The notes under the pieces: generated by a model
What the model saw: only the letters and a program-made list of their open reading frames with translations
The model's database searches: none
What the model was told of the DNA's origin: nothing
Assembly: GCA_965197585.1 (NCBI GenBank)
Contig: OZ240215.1
Coordinates: 736,001 to 800,000, forward strand
Direction of reading: 5' to 3'
DNA length: 64,000 bases
Source of the DNA: Dehalococcoidia bacterium
Lineage (GTDB): Bacteria; Chloroflexota; Dehalococcoidia; Plut-88900
Shown here: one piece after another, positions 1 through 9,532 of the stretch
How positions within the stretch are numbered: the stretch's first letter is position 1
Layout of the letters: each line of letters begins with the position of its first letter
Program-made: the position numbers and the translations under genes

Positions 1-133
1 ACTCATGACAGCGAGCACCAATTATTTAAAAACTGGGGCCTGCGCCACGGGATGGATTTCGACACTGGGGCCGGAATGACGAAGGGGGAGTACGTAGAAG
101 ATGGGGTGATATACTCGCGGCTACCCTTAACCC

Positions 134-529
134 GTGAGAAGAGCCTTGTCGAACAGTGCATATCCAAGTGTCGGCGTAGACATAACGGAGATACCCAGGA
201 TCAGGGCGGCTTTGGACAAGTGGGGGGAGAAGTTCCTGGATCGGGTGTATACGCCCAAGGAGATAGAGCGCTATCGGAACCGGGTGCCGGAACTCGCTGC
301 CCGGTTTGCAGGCAAGGAGGCGGTGATGAAGGTGCTCGGGACGGGGAACAGGGGGGTCGCATGGCGGGAGATCGAGATTCTGCCTCTGCCGAGCGGGAAG
401 CCGACGGTGAAGCTGTATCGCAGGGCCGAGGCTCGGGCCCGGAAGCTGGGGTTGGGGGAGGTGGCGATAAGCTTGTCGCATTCCGATGAGTTTGCGGTGG
501 CGTCGGCAGTGGCGATGGTAGAGGGTTAG
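134..529 (+). CDS. acpS: holo-ACP synthase
   Basis: GVDITEI and LAARFAGKEAVMK motifs, SLSH near C-terminus; exact start uncertain. Confidence 0.93.
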   Translation: MRRALSNSAYPSVGVDITEIPRIRAALDKWGEKFLDRVYTPKEIERYRNRVPELAARFAGKEAVMKVLGTGNRGVAWREIEILPLPSGKPTVKLYRRAEARARKLGLGEVAISLSHSDEFAVASAVAMVEG

Positions 530-551
530 GTGTGAGCAAGGTCGAGCATCG

Positions 552-2099
552 ATGAAGATAGTGAACAGCGCCGAGATGCGCGAGATCGAAGGTCTATGCG
601 AGTTGGAGGGGATTCCGACGTCGCAATTGATGGAGAACGCGGGTCGGGCGTTTGCGGAGGAGGTGAGGGAGTGGGTGGACGGAGTCACTGGGAAGAACGT
701 TCTGGTGCTTGTCGGGCCTGGTAATAACGGGGGAGACGGGCTTGTGGCAGCCCGGTATCTCCATGATTGGATTGCGAATGTCTACGTCTTCCTGTGTTCC
801 CCGCGCTCCGAGTCGGACCTGAACTTGGAGATGGTCATTGGCAGGGGATTGGACCCGATAGCCGCATATGAGGAGGAAGGGCTGGCGGCGTTGCGGGAGG
901 GGCTCAGGTCGGCGGAGGTGGTAGCGGACGCGGTCCTTGGGACGGGAAGGTCGAGGCCGATTTCGGGGAATATCGAAGCAATAATCTCCGAAGTGCGGAA
1001 TGCGAAGGAGTCCAACCCGAGCTTAAGGGTGGCGGCGATGGACTTGCCGTCGGGCGTGGACGCAGACTCGGGACAGGGAGACCAAGCAGGGCTACCGGCA
1101 GATTTCACCGTCGCCTTAGGCTACCCGAAGATCGGGATGTTTGCGTTCCCGGGCGCCTCGATGACGGGACGGTTGGCCGTTGCGGATATTGGGATACCGG
1201 AGGATCTGTCGCGGCACATCTCTCTGGAAATGCTGACGGGCGAAAAGGTGAGGGAATTGCTGCCTCGGAGGCAAGCGGATGCACACAAAGGCACCTTTGG
1301 GCGAGTTGTGGCGCTTGCGGGTTCGGGGCAGTACGTGGGGGCGGCATATCTGGCATGTGCGGCGGCGACGAGGGTCGGGGCTGGGCTGGTGACTTTGGCA
1401 TGCTCTCCAGTGGTGCGCTCAATCGTGGCTTCTCGGGCGGCGGAGGTGACGTACATCCCCCTCGAGGAAACTGCAGGTGTGCAAGAGTGGAGAGAGGCTA
1501 TTGACGAGGGAGTAAAGGAGTCGGATGTGCTGCTGGTCGGGTGTGGATTAGGGAGAGCGGAAAGCGCCTGGGAACTGGCCAAGGGCCTGCTTCTGGATTC
1601 ACGTCTGACTGCCCCACCCGCCGTAGTGGATGCGGACGGGCTGAATGCGTTGGCTTCAGAGGACGGGTGGTGGGAGAAGCTGGGTCGGGAGGCGGTATTG
1701 ACGCCTCATCCTGGCGAGATGTCCAGGTTGATGGGCGCTTCTACGGGCGAAGTGCAGAGGGACCGCATTGGGACTGCTCGGGAGGCGGCACGGAAGTGGG
1801 GTAAGACGGTGGTCTTGAAGGGCGCGCACACGGTGGTTGCCCGAGCCGATGGCCATGCCGTAGTGAGCCCGTTTGCAAATCCGGGGCTGGCGTCGGCAGG
1901 AACGGGCGACGTGCTGGCTGGAACGATTGCGGGACTCCTGGCGCAGGGGCTCGGGGCATGGGAGGCGGCAATGGCGGGGGTGTACCTGCACGGATTGGCA
2001 GGAGAGATGGGTCGGAAGGAAATCGGGGAGGCGGGGTTGTTGGCGAGCGACTTGTTGCCTCTGTTGCCGAGGGCGATACGGGGAGTGGGGGAAGGGTGA
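552..2099 (+). CDS. nnr: bifunctional NAD(P)H-hydrate epimerase/dehydratase
   Basis: YjeF N-domain GPGNNGGDG and DLPSG; C-domain HKGTFG, DADGLN, TPHPGE, AGTGDVL. Confidence 0.95.
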   Translation: MKIVNSAEMREIEGLCELEGIPTSQLMENAGRAFAEEVREWVDGVTGKNVLVLVGPGNNGGDGLVAARYLHDWIANVYVFLCSPRSESDLNLEMVIGRGLDPIAAYEEEGLAALREGLRSAEVVADAVLGTGRSRPISGNIEAIISEVRNAKESNPSLRVAAMDLPSGVDADSGQGDQAGLPADFTVALGYPKIGMFAFPGASMTGRLAVADIGIPEDLSRHISLEMLTGEKVRELLPRRQADAHKGTFGRVVALAGSGQYVGAAYLACAAATRVGAGLVTLACSPVVRSIVASRAAEVTYIPLEETAGVQEWREAIDEGVKESDVLLVGCGLGRAESAWELAKGLLLDSRLTAPPAVVDADGLNALASEDGWWEKLGREAVLTPHPGEMSRLMGASTGEVQRDRIGTAREAARKWGKTVVLKGAHTVVARADGHAVVSPFANPGLASAGTGDVLAGTIAGLLAQGLGAWEAAMAGVYLHGLAGEMGRKEIGEAGLLASDLLPLLPRAIRGVGEG

Positions 2100-2120
2100 G
2101 GGGTGCCCGGAATTGCAGAG

Positions 2121-2152
2121 TTGATATGAGGCATTGGTTGGGTCATAATGAC
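2121..2152 (+). promoter_or_regulatory. sigma70-type promoter of TA operon with palindrome over -10
   Basis: TTGATA-N17-CATAAT (2121-2149); GTCATAATGAC palindrome 2142-2152. Confidence 0.55.
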
Positions 2153-2182
2153 TCATACATTGACTCAGCAGGGTGGTGAAGT

Positions 2183-2449
2183 ATGAACCAATTGACGATT
2201 AGGGGATTCGATGATGAGCTTAATGAGACCATTCGCCAACTAGCGGAGCGAGAAGGCATTTCCCTGAATCGGGCGGCGTTGAAGCTGTTGAAGAAGGGGG
2301 CGGGGATGATGGATGGAAAGGAAGGGGGGAGTAAGGTGGGGTCTTCTCTGGATTGGTTCATTGGTTCAATGAGCCGGGAAGAGGCGGATGAACTGGAGGC
2401 TGTGATAGAAGAGGAATTCGAGAAAATCGATGAGTCGATGTGGCGATGA
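2183..2449 (+). CDS. antitoxin, FitA/VapB-like ribbon-helix-helix
   Basis: MNQLTIRGFDDEL...GISLN RHH pattern; ATGA overlap with downstream PIN gene. Confidence 0.8.
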   Translation: MNQLTIRGFDDELNETIRQLAEREGISLNRAALKLLKKGAGMMDGKEGGSKVGSSLDWFIGSMSREEADELEAVIEEEFEKIDESMWR

Positions 2450-2844
2450 AAATCTTGCTGGATACGAATGCCTATTCGAAGCTCGTACGCGGACATCAGC
2501 AAGTGGCGGACCTAGCACGCGAGGCTGAAAAAGTTCTATTTTCCCCCATTGTAGCAGGAGAGCTATTGTTTGGTTATCGGCTTGGGCGACACCTCGAGCG
2601 TAATTTGGACACTCTGCGCTCGTTTCTTAAATCGCCGAACGTCACATTACTGAGCATAAGCATGACGACGGCGGACAGATATTCCAGAATAGCTGCATCT
2701 CAAAGGGCGAAGGGTAGGCCGATTCCGACGAACGACATGTGGATAGCTGCTCACTCCTTGGAAACGGGGGCTGACCTGGTTTCTGCCGACAGACATTTTG
2801 AATACGTGGACGGGATTGCACTCGTGCCAGTAACGCCGAACTAA
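2446..2844 (+). CDS. vapC: PIN-domain VapC-family toxin
   Basis: ILLDTNAY, GEL, PIPTNDMWIAA, LVSADRHF motifs. Confidence 0.9.
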   Translation: MKILLDTNAYSKLVRGHQQVADLAREAEKVLFSPIVAGELLFGYRLGRHLERNLDTLRSFLKSPNVTLLSISMTTADRYSRIAASQRAKGRPIPTNDMWIAAHSLETGADLVSADRHFEYVDGIALVPVTPN

Positions 2845-2855
2845 GCTGGGTATAT

Positions 2856-3623
2856 ATGCTCCTGGCTATCGACATTGGGAATACGAACATAACTCTCGGC
2901 GTGTACGACGGGGAGTCGTTGGTCGCCACGTGGCGCATATCGACGGATGTGAACAAGCAGGCCGATGAGTATGCGGTGTTGTTCAACGGGTTGTTGCAGA
3001 ATCGTGGAATGCGGGAGTCGATTATCACGGAGATAGTAGTCTGCAGCGTAGTTCCCCCGCTGACCGGCGTGTTCGAGGAGTTTTGCCAGAGCCACTTTGG
3101 GTTGAAGCCGTTGGTTGTCGGGACGGGGGTGAAGACGGGGATGAGGATACTGTACGAAAATCCGAGGGACGTGGGCGCGGACCGGGTGGCCGATGCCGTA
3201 GCGGCCTACCAAAAATATGGGGGGCCGGTGATAGTGGTGGACCTTGGCACGGCGACGGTGTTCGACGCAGTATCCAAGGATGGTGAGTACTTAGGCGGGG
3301 CGATTGCTCCGGGAGTGGGGGTTGCGGCGGATGCCCTCGTGGCGAGGGCTTCGAAGCTTACGAGGGTGGAGCTTACAGCGCCTCAGGAGGCGATAGGACG
3401 CACTCCGGCGGCGAGCATGCAGTCGGGATTGATATTTGGGTATGTGGGTCTTATAGAGGGGCTTGTTGCACGATTCAAGAAGGAAATGGGGCCGGGTGTG
3501 AAAGTGGTGGCGACGGGAGGGCTGGCAGGGACGATTGCCAGTGAGACTGACGTTCTGGATGCGGTGGACCCGGACTTGACCATGGAAGGGCTAAAACTGA
3601 TCCACGAGATGAACCCACGATGA
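2856..3623 (+). CDS. coaX: type III pantothenate kinase
   Basis: LAIDIGNTN, VGADR, VDLGTAT, GGAIAPG, ATGG. Confidence 0.95.
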   Translation: MLLAIDIGNTNITLGVYDGESLVATWRISTDVNKQADEYAVLFNGLLQNRGMRESIITEIVVCSVVPPLTGVFEEFCQSHFGLKPLVVGTGVKTGMRILYENPRDVGADRVADAVAAYQKYGGPVIVVDLGTATVFDAVSKDGEYLGGAIAPGVGVAADALVARASKLTRVELTAPQEAIGRTPAASMQSGLIFGYVGLIEGLVARFKKEMGPGVKVVATGGLAGTIASETDVLDAVDPDLTMEGLKLIHEMNPR

Positions 3624-4840
3624 GCGAAGAGAGCAAAGTCGGGGGCAGGGGGTTGAAGGGGAAGCGGATAGTGTTGGGGGTGACGGGGAGCATAGCCGCA
3701 TACAAGACGGCGGACCTGACGAGCAAACTGGTGCAGCAGGGCGCATTGGTGGACGTGGTGATGAGTGAGGGGGCGGTGAACTTTATAGCGCCGTTGACTT
3801 TTCGGAGCCTGACGCACAGGCCGGTGCTGCACCAACTTTTTGACCCGGCCTCGGACGCGGGGATAGAGCACGTAGCATTGGCGGAAGACTGCGATGCTAT
3901 AGTGGTAGCGCCGGCTACGGCTAACGTCATGGCCAAGGCAGCGAACGGGCTGGCCGACGACCTGCTTACCTGTATGCTTCTCGCAACCCGGAGGCCCGTA
4001 ATACTGGCGCCGGCGATGGACGGGTACATGTTCGAAAATCCTGCCACGCAGGAGAATGTTTCAAGGTTAGTTGGGCGAGGATGGACGGTGATCGGGCCGG
4101 GGGAGGGGAGGTTGGCATCGGGGCTGGTGGGTCGGGGTCGGTTGGCGGATGTAGAGGACATCATCGGGGGCGTAAAGCAGGCGCTGGGGAAGAAAGGGGA
4201 CCTGGCGGGCAAGTCGGTGGTAGTGACGGCGGGTGGCACCCAGGAACCGATTGACCCGGTGCGTCATATCGGGAACCGGTCATCGGGGAAGATGGGGTAC
4301 GCGATAGCGGAGGCGGCGCGAGACCGGGGAGCGAACGTGACATTGGTCTCGACGCAGACATCTCTGAGGGCGCCCTACGGCGTCGAGTTCGTTCGAGCGG
4401 ACACGGCGGAGGAGATGCGTAAGGAAGTGGTAGGCCGGGCCCCGGGGGCCGACATCCTGGTAATGGCGGCGGCGGTAGCAGACTTCCGGCCTGCAACCGA
4501 GACGGAACACAAGATAAAGAAGTCGGGTGGGGGGATGACGCTGGAACTACGGGAGACGGCGGACATACTGGCTGAGGCCTCTGGGCAGAGGCTGGTGAAG
4601 GTGGGGTTTGCGGCGGAGAGCCGGGACCTCGTGACCAACGCCCGGAAAAAGATGCGCAAAAAAGGTGTCGACCTGATGGTTGCCAACAACATCACCGACG
4701 AGGGAAGTGGGTTCGGGTCGGACACGAACCGGGTGGTGATAATTGGCAGTGACGGGGTGTCGGATGAGCTGCCACTGTTGCCGAAGGCCGAAGTGGCCCA
4801 CTTATTGCTGGACCGAGCAGCGGGGATAAAGAAGGGCTGA
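3620..4840 (+). CDS. coaBC: phosphopantothenoylcysteine decarboxylase/ligase
   Basis: GVTGSIAAYK, APATAN, TAGGTQEPIDPVR, NRSSGKMG, VGFAAE. Confidence 0.96.
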   Translation: MSEESKVGGRGLKGKRIVLGVTGSIAAYKTADLTSKLVQQGALVDVVMSEGAVNFIAPLTFRSLTHRPVLHQLFDPASDAGIEHVALAEDCDAIVVAPATANVMAKAANGLADDLLTCMLLATRRPVILAPAMDGYMFENPATQENVSRLVGRGWTVIGPGEGRLASGLVGRGRLADVEDIIGGVKQALGKKGDLAGKSVVVTAGGTQEPIDPVRHIGNRSSGKMGYAIAEAARDRGANVTLVSTQTSLRAPYGVEFVRADTAEEMRKEVVGRAPGADILVMAAAVADFRPATETEHKIKKSGGGMTLELRETADILAEASGQRLVKVGFAAESRDLVTNARKKMRKKGVDLMVANNITDEGSGFGSDTNRVVIIGSDGVSDELPLLPKAEVAHLLLDRAAGIKKG

Positions 4841-4844
4841 CGCG

Positions 4845-6131
4845 TCAGCCCTCGGCGGGCTCTGTGGTTGGTGGGGGGTTGGGGGACGGGGTCCGGATTC
4901 CCTTAAAGATACCGGCCATGGACGTGGCTGCCACGGCCAGAACGATTGACTCAACGAGAAAGACGCGGCGGTGGCCTATGCTCCAGGCGAGCGCGCCGCC
5001 GGTCAAGGGGCCCAGGCCCCAGGCCATTGCGGATGCGGAGTTAAGGATGCCAAAGGCCGCGCCAAGGTGTTTTCTCGGGAGCATCAAACCTACGATTGAA
5101 CTGAGTGAAGTCATCATAGCGCCATTGAACAGGCCCGACAGGGCGAAGAGCAGTACAAAGACATCAAACCGGTGGTTGAAGAACTGGGGCAGGAGGGCTA
5201 GGGAAGCGCCGAGGCAGGAGACGATTAGAACAGTACGGAGGTTTAACTTGGCGCCCATCCTTCCAATGAATATGGCACTGACTCCAGAGGTGAACCCGAG
5301 AACGCCGAATGCAAGGCCCGTGTCGAGGATGGCCCGGTTAGCGTCTGTGATCGACTGGATGAAGCCGGGGGCCACGGGTTGAAGGACCGTCGGGGCACCC
5401 TGGATGATGGGGACGAATAGGAGGGCGGGAAGCAGGCCCTTTGTGGAGAGAACCTGGCGGGTCTCGGAAAAAATGGCGAGGGGGGACCCTTTTTTGTCGG
5501 GGGACCTCTGGAAGGACTCCTTGATGAAGAACAGAATCATGAGACCGGCGGCGGCGGTGAAACCGGAGGATATGAAGTAGGTGGTCCTGAATCCGAAGGC
5601 GTCAACCAGTTGGCCGCCGATAAACGGTGAAATGGTGATCGAAAAGTAGCTAGTGAACTGGAGAAGGCCGACTACCAGGGGAAGGCGGCTGCTGGGTACG
5701 TAGGAGCCGGCCAGGGCCATTGCCGCACCAACGCTGCCGGAGACGCCTCCGTGCAGGATTCGCACACCTATGAGCTGAGGGATGTTGGTGATGAGGCCGG
5801 AGAACAAGAGTACAAGGGTGCCGGCAGTGTAGGCGCGCACCAGCATGGGCTTTCGGCCGTAGGTATCGGCCAAGTGGCCCCAGAAGGGACCGGCGATGCC
5901 CATGAAAAGAGCGAAAACGCCGGAAGAGGCGCCTGCCCAGAAAGCTGCGTCTGCTCCGGACTCGACGCCCAGCTCCTGCTCGATGAAGAGGGGATAGAAG
6001 GGCTGCATGAAGGACCAGCCTATGGAGGCGACACCCTGGGCCAAACAGACCAGGGCCACCTGTCGTTTCCAGCTCTCCAAGTTCTGCAACCTGCGGAGAG
6101 GAGCGATGGGGACTCGGGAGAGAGGTGGCAC
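4845..6131 (-). CDS. MFS transporter (DHA1-like)
   Basis: about 12 hydrophobic segments; WGHLADTYGRKPML motif A. Confidence 0.9.
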   Translation of the reverse strand: MPPLSRVPIAPLRRLQNLESWKRQVALVCLAQGVASIGWSFMQPFYPLFIEQELGVESGADAAFWAGASSGVFALFMGIAGPFWGHLADTYGRKPMLVRAYTAGTLVLLFSGLITNIPQLIGVRILHGGVSGSVGAAMALAGSYVPSSRLPLVVGLLQFTSYFSITISPFIGGQLVDAFGFRTTYFISSGFTAAAGLMILFFIKESFQRSPDKKGSPLAIFSETRQVLSTKGLLPALLFVPIIQGAPTVLQPVAPGFIQSITDANRAILDTGLAFGVLGFTSGVSAIFIGRMGAKLNLRTVLIVSCLGASLALLPQFFNHRFDVFVLLFALSGLFNGAMMTSLSSIVGLMLPRKHLGAAFGILNSASAMAWGLGPLTGGALAWSIGHRRVFLVESIVLAVAATSMAGIFKGIRTPSPNPPPTTEPAEG

Positions 6132-7036
6132 TATGAGGGGCCTGCGTGACCGGGAGCGGCTTCGGGTGGGGTGAGGCCGGAGAGTTGCATAAGACGGGGG
6201 ATATCGCGCTCCCAGCCCATAGGCATCAGGTGAACGCCACGAGTCAGTTGGGCGACTTCGGAAATAGTCCGGGCGGCGATTTCGATTCCTTTCTCACGCT
6301 TGTTTTCGGCGCAGTCCATTTCGTCTATCAAGGCCTGGGGCACTGCGATGCCGGGCACGTTGGCGTTGAGGTAACGGGCTGCTCGGCCCGAGTGCAGGAC
6401 TAGGATCCCGGCAAGGATAGGCACATTGAGATAGCGGGCCTTGTCCATGAAGCGGGCAAACTGCTCGGGGTCGTAGACGGCCTGAGTCTGAAAGAATCGG
6501 ACGCCGGCCTGGACCTTCTGCTCCATGCGGCCAACCTCTACATCTACGTCCGGAGCGCCCGGGTTGGCGGCTGCGCCGAGGCAAAAGGTGGGGGCGCCGT
6601 TAAGCGCGTTACCTGCCATGTCGACACCCGACTCCATTTGGGTTGCTGCACAGAGGAGCTCTATGACTGATAGGTCGAAGACGGGCTTGGCGTCGGGGTG
6701 ATCACCGGTACCTGTGGGGTCGCCGGTGAGGCACAGGATGTTTTGTATGCCGAGGACGTGAGCGCCGAGTAGGTCGGACTGGAGAGCGATCCTGTTGCGG
6801 TCCCGGCAGGTGAACTGGCAGATGGGCTCGATTCCCCGGTCGAGGATGACCTTGCCGAGGGGCAAGGGGCCGAGCCTCATTACGGAGGCGTTCTGGTCAG
6901 TGACGTTGACCGCGTCGACGGGCGCCAGGGAGTCCAGAAGAGACAGATTCTGCTCAATATTGACGCCTTTGGGGGGTGTCATCTCGGCGGTGACCAGGAA
7001 GGACTTGGATTCGATCTTGTCCCGGAAACTAGTCAA
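6131..7036 (-). CDS. metF: methylenetetrahydrofolate reductase
   Basis: TAEMTPPKG, TCRDRNRIALQSDL, LTGD, FFQTQ. Confidence 0.9.
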   Translation of the reverse strand: MTSFRDKIESKSFLVTAEMTPPKGVNIEQNLSLLDSLAPVDAVNVTDQNASVMRLGPLPLGKVILDRGIEPICQFTCRDRNRIALQSDLLGAHVLGIQNILCLTGDPTGTGDHPDAKPVFDLSVIELLCAATQMESGVDMAGNALNGAPTFCLGAAANPGAPDVDVEVGRMEQKVQAGVRFFQTQAVYDPEQFARFMDKARYLNVPILAGILVLHSGRAARYLNANVPGIAVPQALIDEMDCAENKREKGIEIAARTISEVAQLTRGVHLMPMGWERDIPRLMQLSGLTPPEAAPGHAGPS

Positions 7037-7136
7037 TTGCCTGCCCTCGAAGATTATTCAGGGGCCTGCAACGGCTCCTGTGGCGCATATAGTAAACCCC
7101 TTGGGGAAATTCGTCATGCAGGGTGGTTGATAAGTA

Positions 7137-7178
7137 TTGTGAAATTTGGTACATTGCATTCTGTTCCAAATTTCACAA
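7137..7178. promoter_or_regulatory. 13-bp perfect inverted repeat between divergent metF and folD
   Basis: TTGTGAAATTTGG-N16-CCAAATTTCACAA; function inferred from position. Confidence 0.5.
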
Positions 7179-7191
7179 AGGTGCTGCCGAG

Positions 7192-8130
7192 ATGACTGCT
7201 GAGATTATAGACGGAAGAAGGATTGCCGCAATTGTCAGGGAAGAAGTCCGGCTGGACGTCGGGCATCTGCGACAGGAGACGGGTACAATCCCTAATCTGG
7301 CAGTGGTTATGGTCGGGAACGATCCGGCCTCGGACGTATATGTAAGGACAAAAGAACGTGCGGCCCGGGCCGTGGGCATCGACACTCAGACCCTGCGTCT
7401 CGGGGCGGATGCCACGCAGGATGATGTTATAGATTTGGTAAAAGGGCTGAACGAAGACGACTCGGTGCACGGTGTCCTGGTACAGTTGCCGCTGCCGGAC
7501 CACGTCGACTCTTTGATTGTGGCAAGTACCGTTGCTCCTACAAAAGACGTGGACGGCCTTCACCCTGACAACGTGGGACTTCTGCTAATAGGTGCGCCTC
7601 GTTTTGTGCCGTGCACCCCGGCCGGTATTCAACGGATGTTGCTGGAGTCGGGGATAACAACTGATGGGAAGCACGTAGTGATCTGTGGGAGGAGCATGAT
7701 AGTCGGGAGACCGTTGGCGGCTCTACTGATGCAGAAGCAGTCGGGGGCCAATGCAACGGTCACCGTGGCCCACACGGGTACGAGAGAACTGTCCGAACTT
7801 ACGAGGCAGGCAGATATCCTAGTGGCCGCCATAGACAAGCCCAAAGGAATCAGGGCCGACATGGTGAAGCCGGGCGCAGTGGTCATAGACGTCGGCATTC
7901 ACCGCATGGAGGACCCTTCGAGTGAGAAGGGGTACCGTCTGGTGGGGGATGTAGACTTCGAAGGAGTAAGGGATCTTGCTAGCGTTATCAGCCCGGCCCC
8001 CGGGGGAGTGGGTCCCATGACTGTGGCGATGCTTCTGGTCAATACTCTGAAGGCCACAACCGTGGCGGCGAGAGAGCGTAGGCAGGTCCGTCAGATGTCC
8101 ACCTTTAGCAAGGTGCCGACCGGAGCGTAG
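7192..8130 (+). CDS. folD: methylenetetrahydrofolate dehydrogenase/cyclohydrolase
   Basis: VQLPLP, KDVDG, PCTP, GRSMIVGRP, PGGVGPMTVAML; start set at MTAEIIDG. Confidence 0.96.
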   Translation: MTAEIIDGRRIAAIVREEVRLDVGHLRQETGTIPNLAVVMVGNDPASDVYVRTKERAARAVGIDTQTLRLGADATQDDVIDLVKGLNEDDSVHGVLVQLPLPDHVDSLIVASTVAPTKDVDGLHPDNVGLLLIGAPRFVPCTPAGIQRMLLESGITTDGKHVVICGRSMIVGRPLAALLMQKQSGANATVTVAHTGTRELSELTRQADILVAAIDKPKGIRADMVKPGAVVIDVGIHRMEDPSSEKGYRLVGDVDFEGVRDLASVISPAPGGVGPMTVAMLLVNTLKATTVAARERRQVRQMSTFSKVPTGA

Positions 8131-8223
8131 CGTAAGGGAGACGGGGCCGAATTCTAATGCATCAAGTTTGCGGGCCTACGCGGGAACAGCAACATTAGGT
8201 TTTACTATTTTTATATGATTTAA

Positions 8224-8252
8224 TTGACAAATAGCCTTGATTCCCCTATTGT
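8224..8252 (+). promoter_or_regulatory. sigma70-type promoter of sigma factor gene
   Basis: TTGACA-N17-TATTGT in AT-rich intergenic DNA. Confidence 0.6.
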
Positions 8253-8319
8253 AAGCAACGAAAGACACGTTAAACCGTTATAGACATTAGACAGTTATAG
8301 AAAGGAAAAGGAAAGAAGA

Positions 8320-9357
8320 TTGGTGGGGCAGAAGATGGAGACTCAAACATACAACATAGATTCGGTATTGGAGAGCCTGGACGAAGAGGAAGAGACAGTT
8401 GTTGCCATAAAGACCGCGGTTGTCGAAGAGGAGGATGACAGGTATGTCCAGCAGGAACTGGTAGACGAGCCGCTTAAAGCTTATCTGAGAGAGATAGGCG
8501 CCTCAGCCTTGTTGACCTTCGAGGAGGAGAAATCGCTGGCAAGGGCCATCGAGTTCGGCGCGGAAGCGAAGGCGAAGCTGGAGGGTGGAGGGTCAGATGT
8601 GGAGGGCCGATTGTCTTTGGAGCAGGCGGAACAGGTCGGGGCGTCGTCGCGGCGTCGAATGACCGAGTCGAATCTCCGGCTGGTGGTTAGCATCGCTAAA
8701 AAGTATCAGGGCAAAGGTTTGCCTCTACTGGACTTGATCCAGGAAGGAAACCTGGGACTGATCAGGGCCGTCGACAAATACGACTACCGACGGGGATTCC
8801 GGTTCAGCACCTATGCAACCTGGTGGATCCGCCAAGGCGTGATGAGAGCTCTGACCGACAAGGGTCACACGATCCGGCTGCCAGTGCACTTGAGCGAAAC
8901 AGCATCAAAGGTTGAGAAGGCTACTCAAGCCCTGACCCAGGAGTTGGGCAGGCGACCCCAGGGAGAAGAGGTAGCCGAGGCAACGGGGATAGACCCCAAC
9001 AAGATCAAGCGAATCATGAGGGCGTGGCAGCAGCCGGCATCTCTGGACCAGCCTCAGGGGAGCGCGGGGCTGCTTCTGGGCAGCACGTTGACAGACCATG
9101 ATGCTCCCTCGCCCGATGAAACCCTGTCCCAGACACTGCTCAGAGGACACCTGGACTTGATGCTGGACGAGCTCAACCCTCGGGAGCGGGAAGTGCTGGA
9201 GATGAGGTTCGGATTGAAGGACGGAAGAGAGCACACCCTGAAGGACATTGGGGAGGTGTTAGGCGTTACCCGAGAACGGGTGAGGCAGATTCAGAGCGGA
9301 GCAGTGGCCAAACTGAACAAGAAATCGTCGAGGGAGCTTCTGGAGGGATATCTGTAG
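8320..9357 (+). CDS. RpoD/SigA-family (group 1/2) sigma-70 factor
   Basis: SNLRLVVSIAKKY, DLIQEGNLGL, FSTYATWWIRQ, VTRERVRQI. Confidence 0.93.
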   Translation: MVGQKMETQTYNIDSVLESLDEEEETVVAIKTAVVEEEDDRYVQQELVDEPLKAYLREIGASALLTFEEEKSLARAIEFGAEAKAKLEGGGSDVEGRLSLEQAEQVGASSRRRMTESNLRLVVSIAKKYQGKGLPLLDLIQEGNLGLIRAVDKYDYRRGFRFSTYATWWIRQGVMRALTDKGHTIRLPVHLSETASKVEKATQALTQELGRRPQGEEVAEATGIDPNKIKRIMRAWQQPASLDQPQGSAGLLLGSTLTDHDAPSPDETLSQTLLRGHLDLMLDELNPREREVLEMRFGLKDGREHTLKDIGEVLGVTRERVRQIQSGAVAKLNKKSSRELLEGYL

Positions 9358-9392
9358 AGGGTTAGCCTTTCGTAAAGCTCCTGACTTGGTTG

Positions 9393-9429
9393 GGGGTGAA
9401 AGCGCCACGTGTGCTTTCACCCCTGTTTT
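9393..9429 (+). terminator. intrinsic terminator
   Basis: GGGGTGAAAGC/GCTTTCACCCC stem followed by TGTTTT. Confidence 0.7.
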
Positions 9430-9532
9430 GTGTAGAATTCGAGGCTATGTATTCGCTAGTGAGGCTGATGTGAGATCTAGGCAAGCGAGGTCATGCGCCC
9501 CTAGAAAAAGCTTGCAACTAAGGAGCTAGGAT

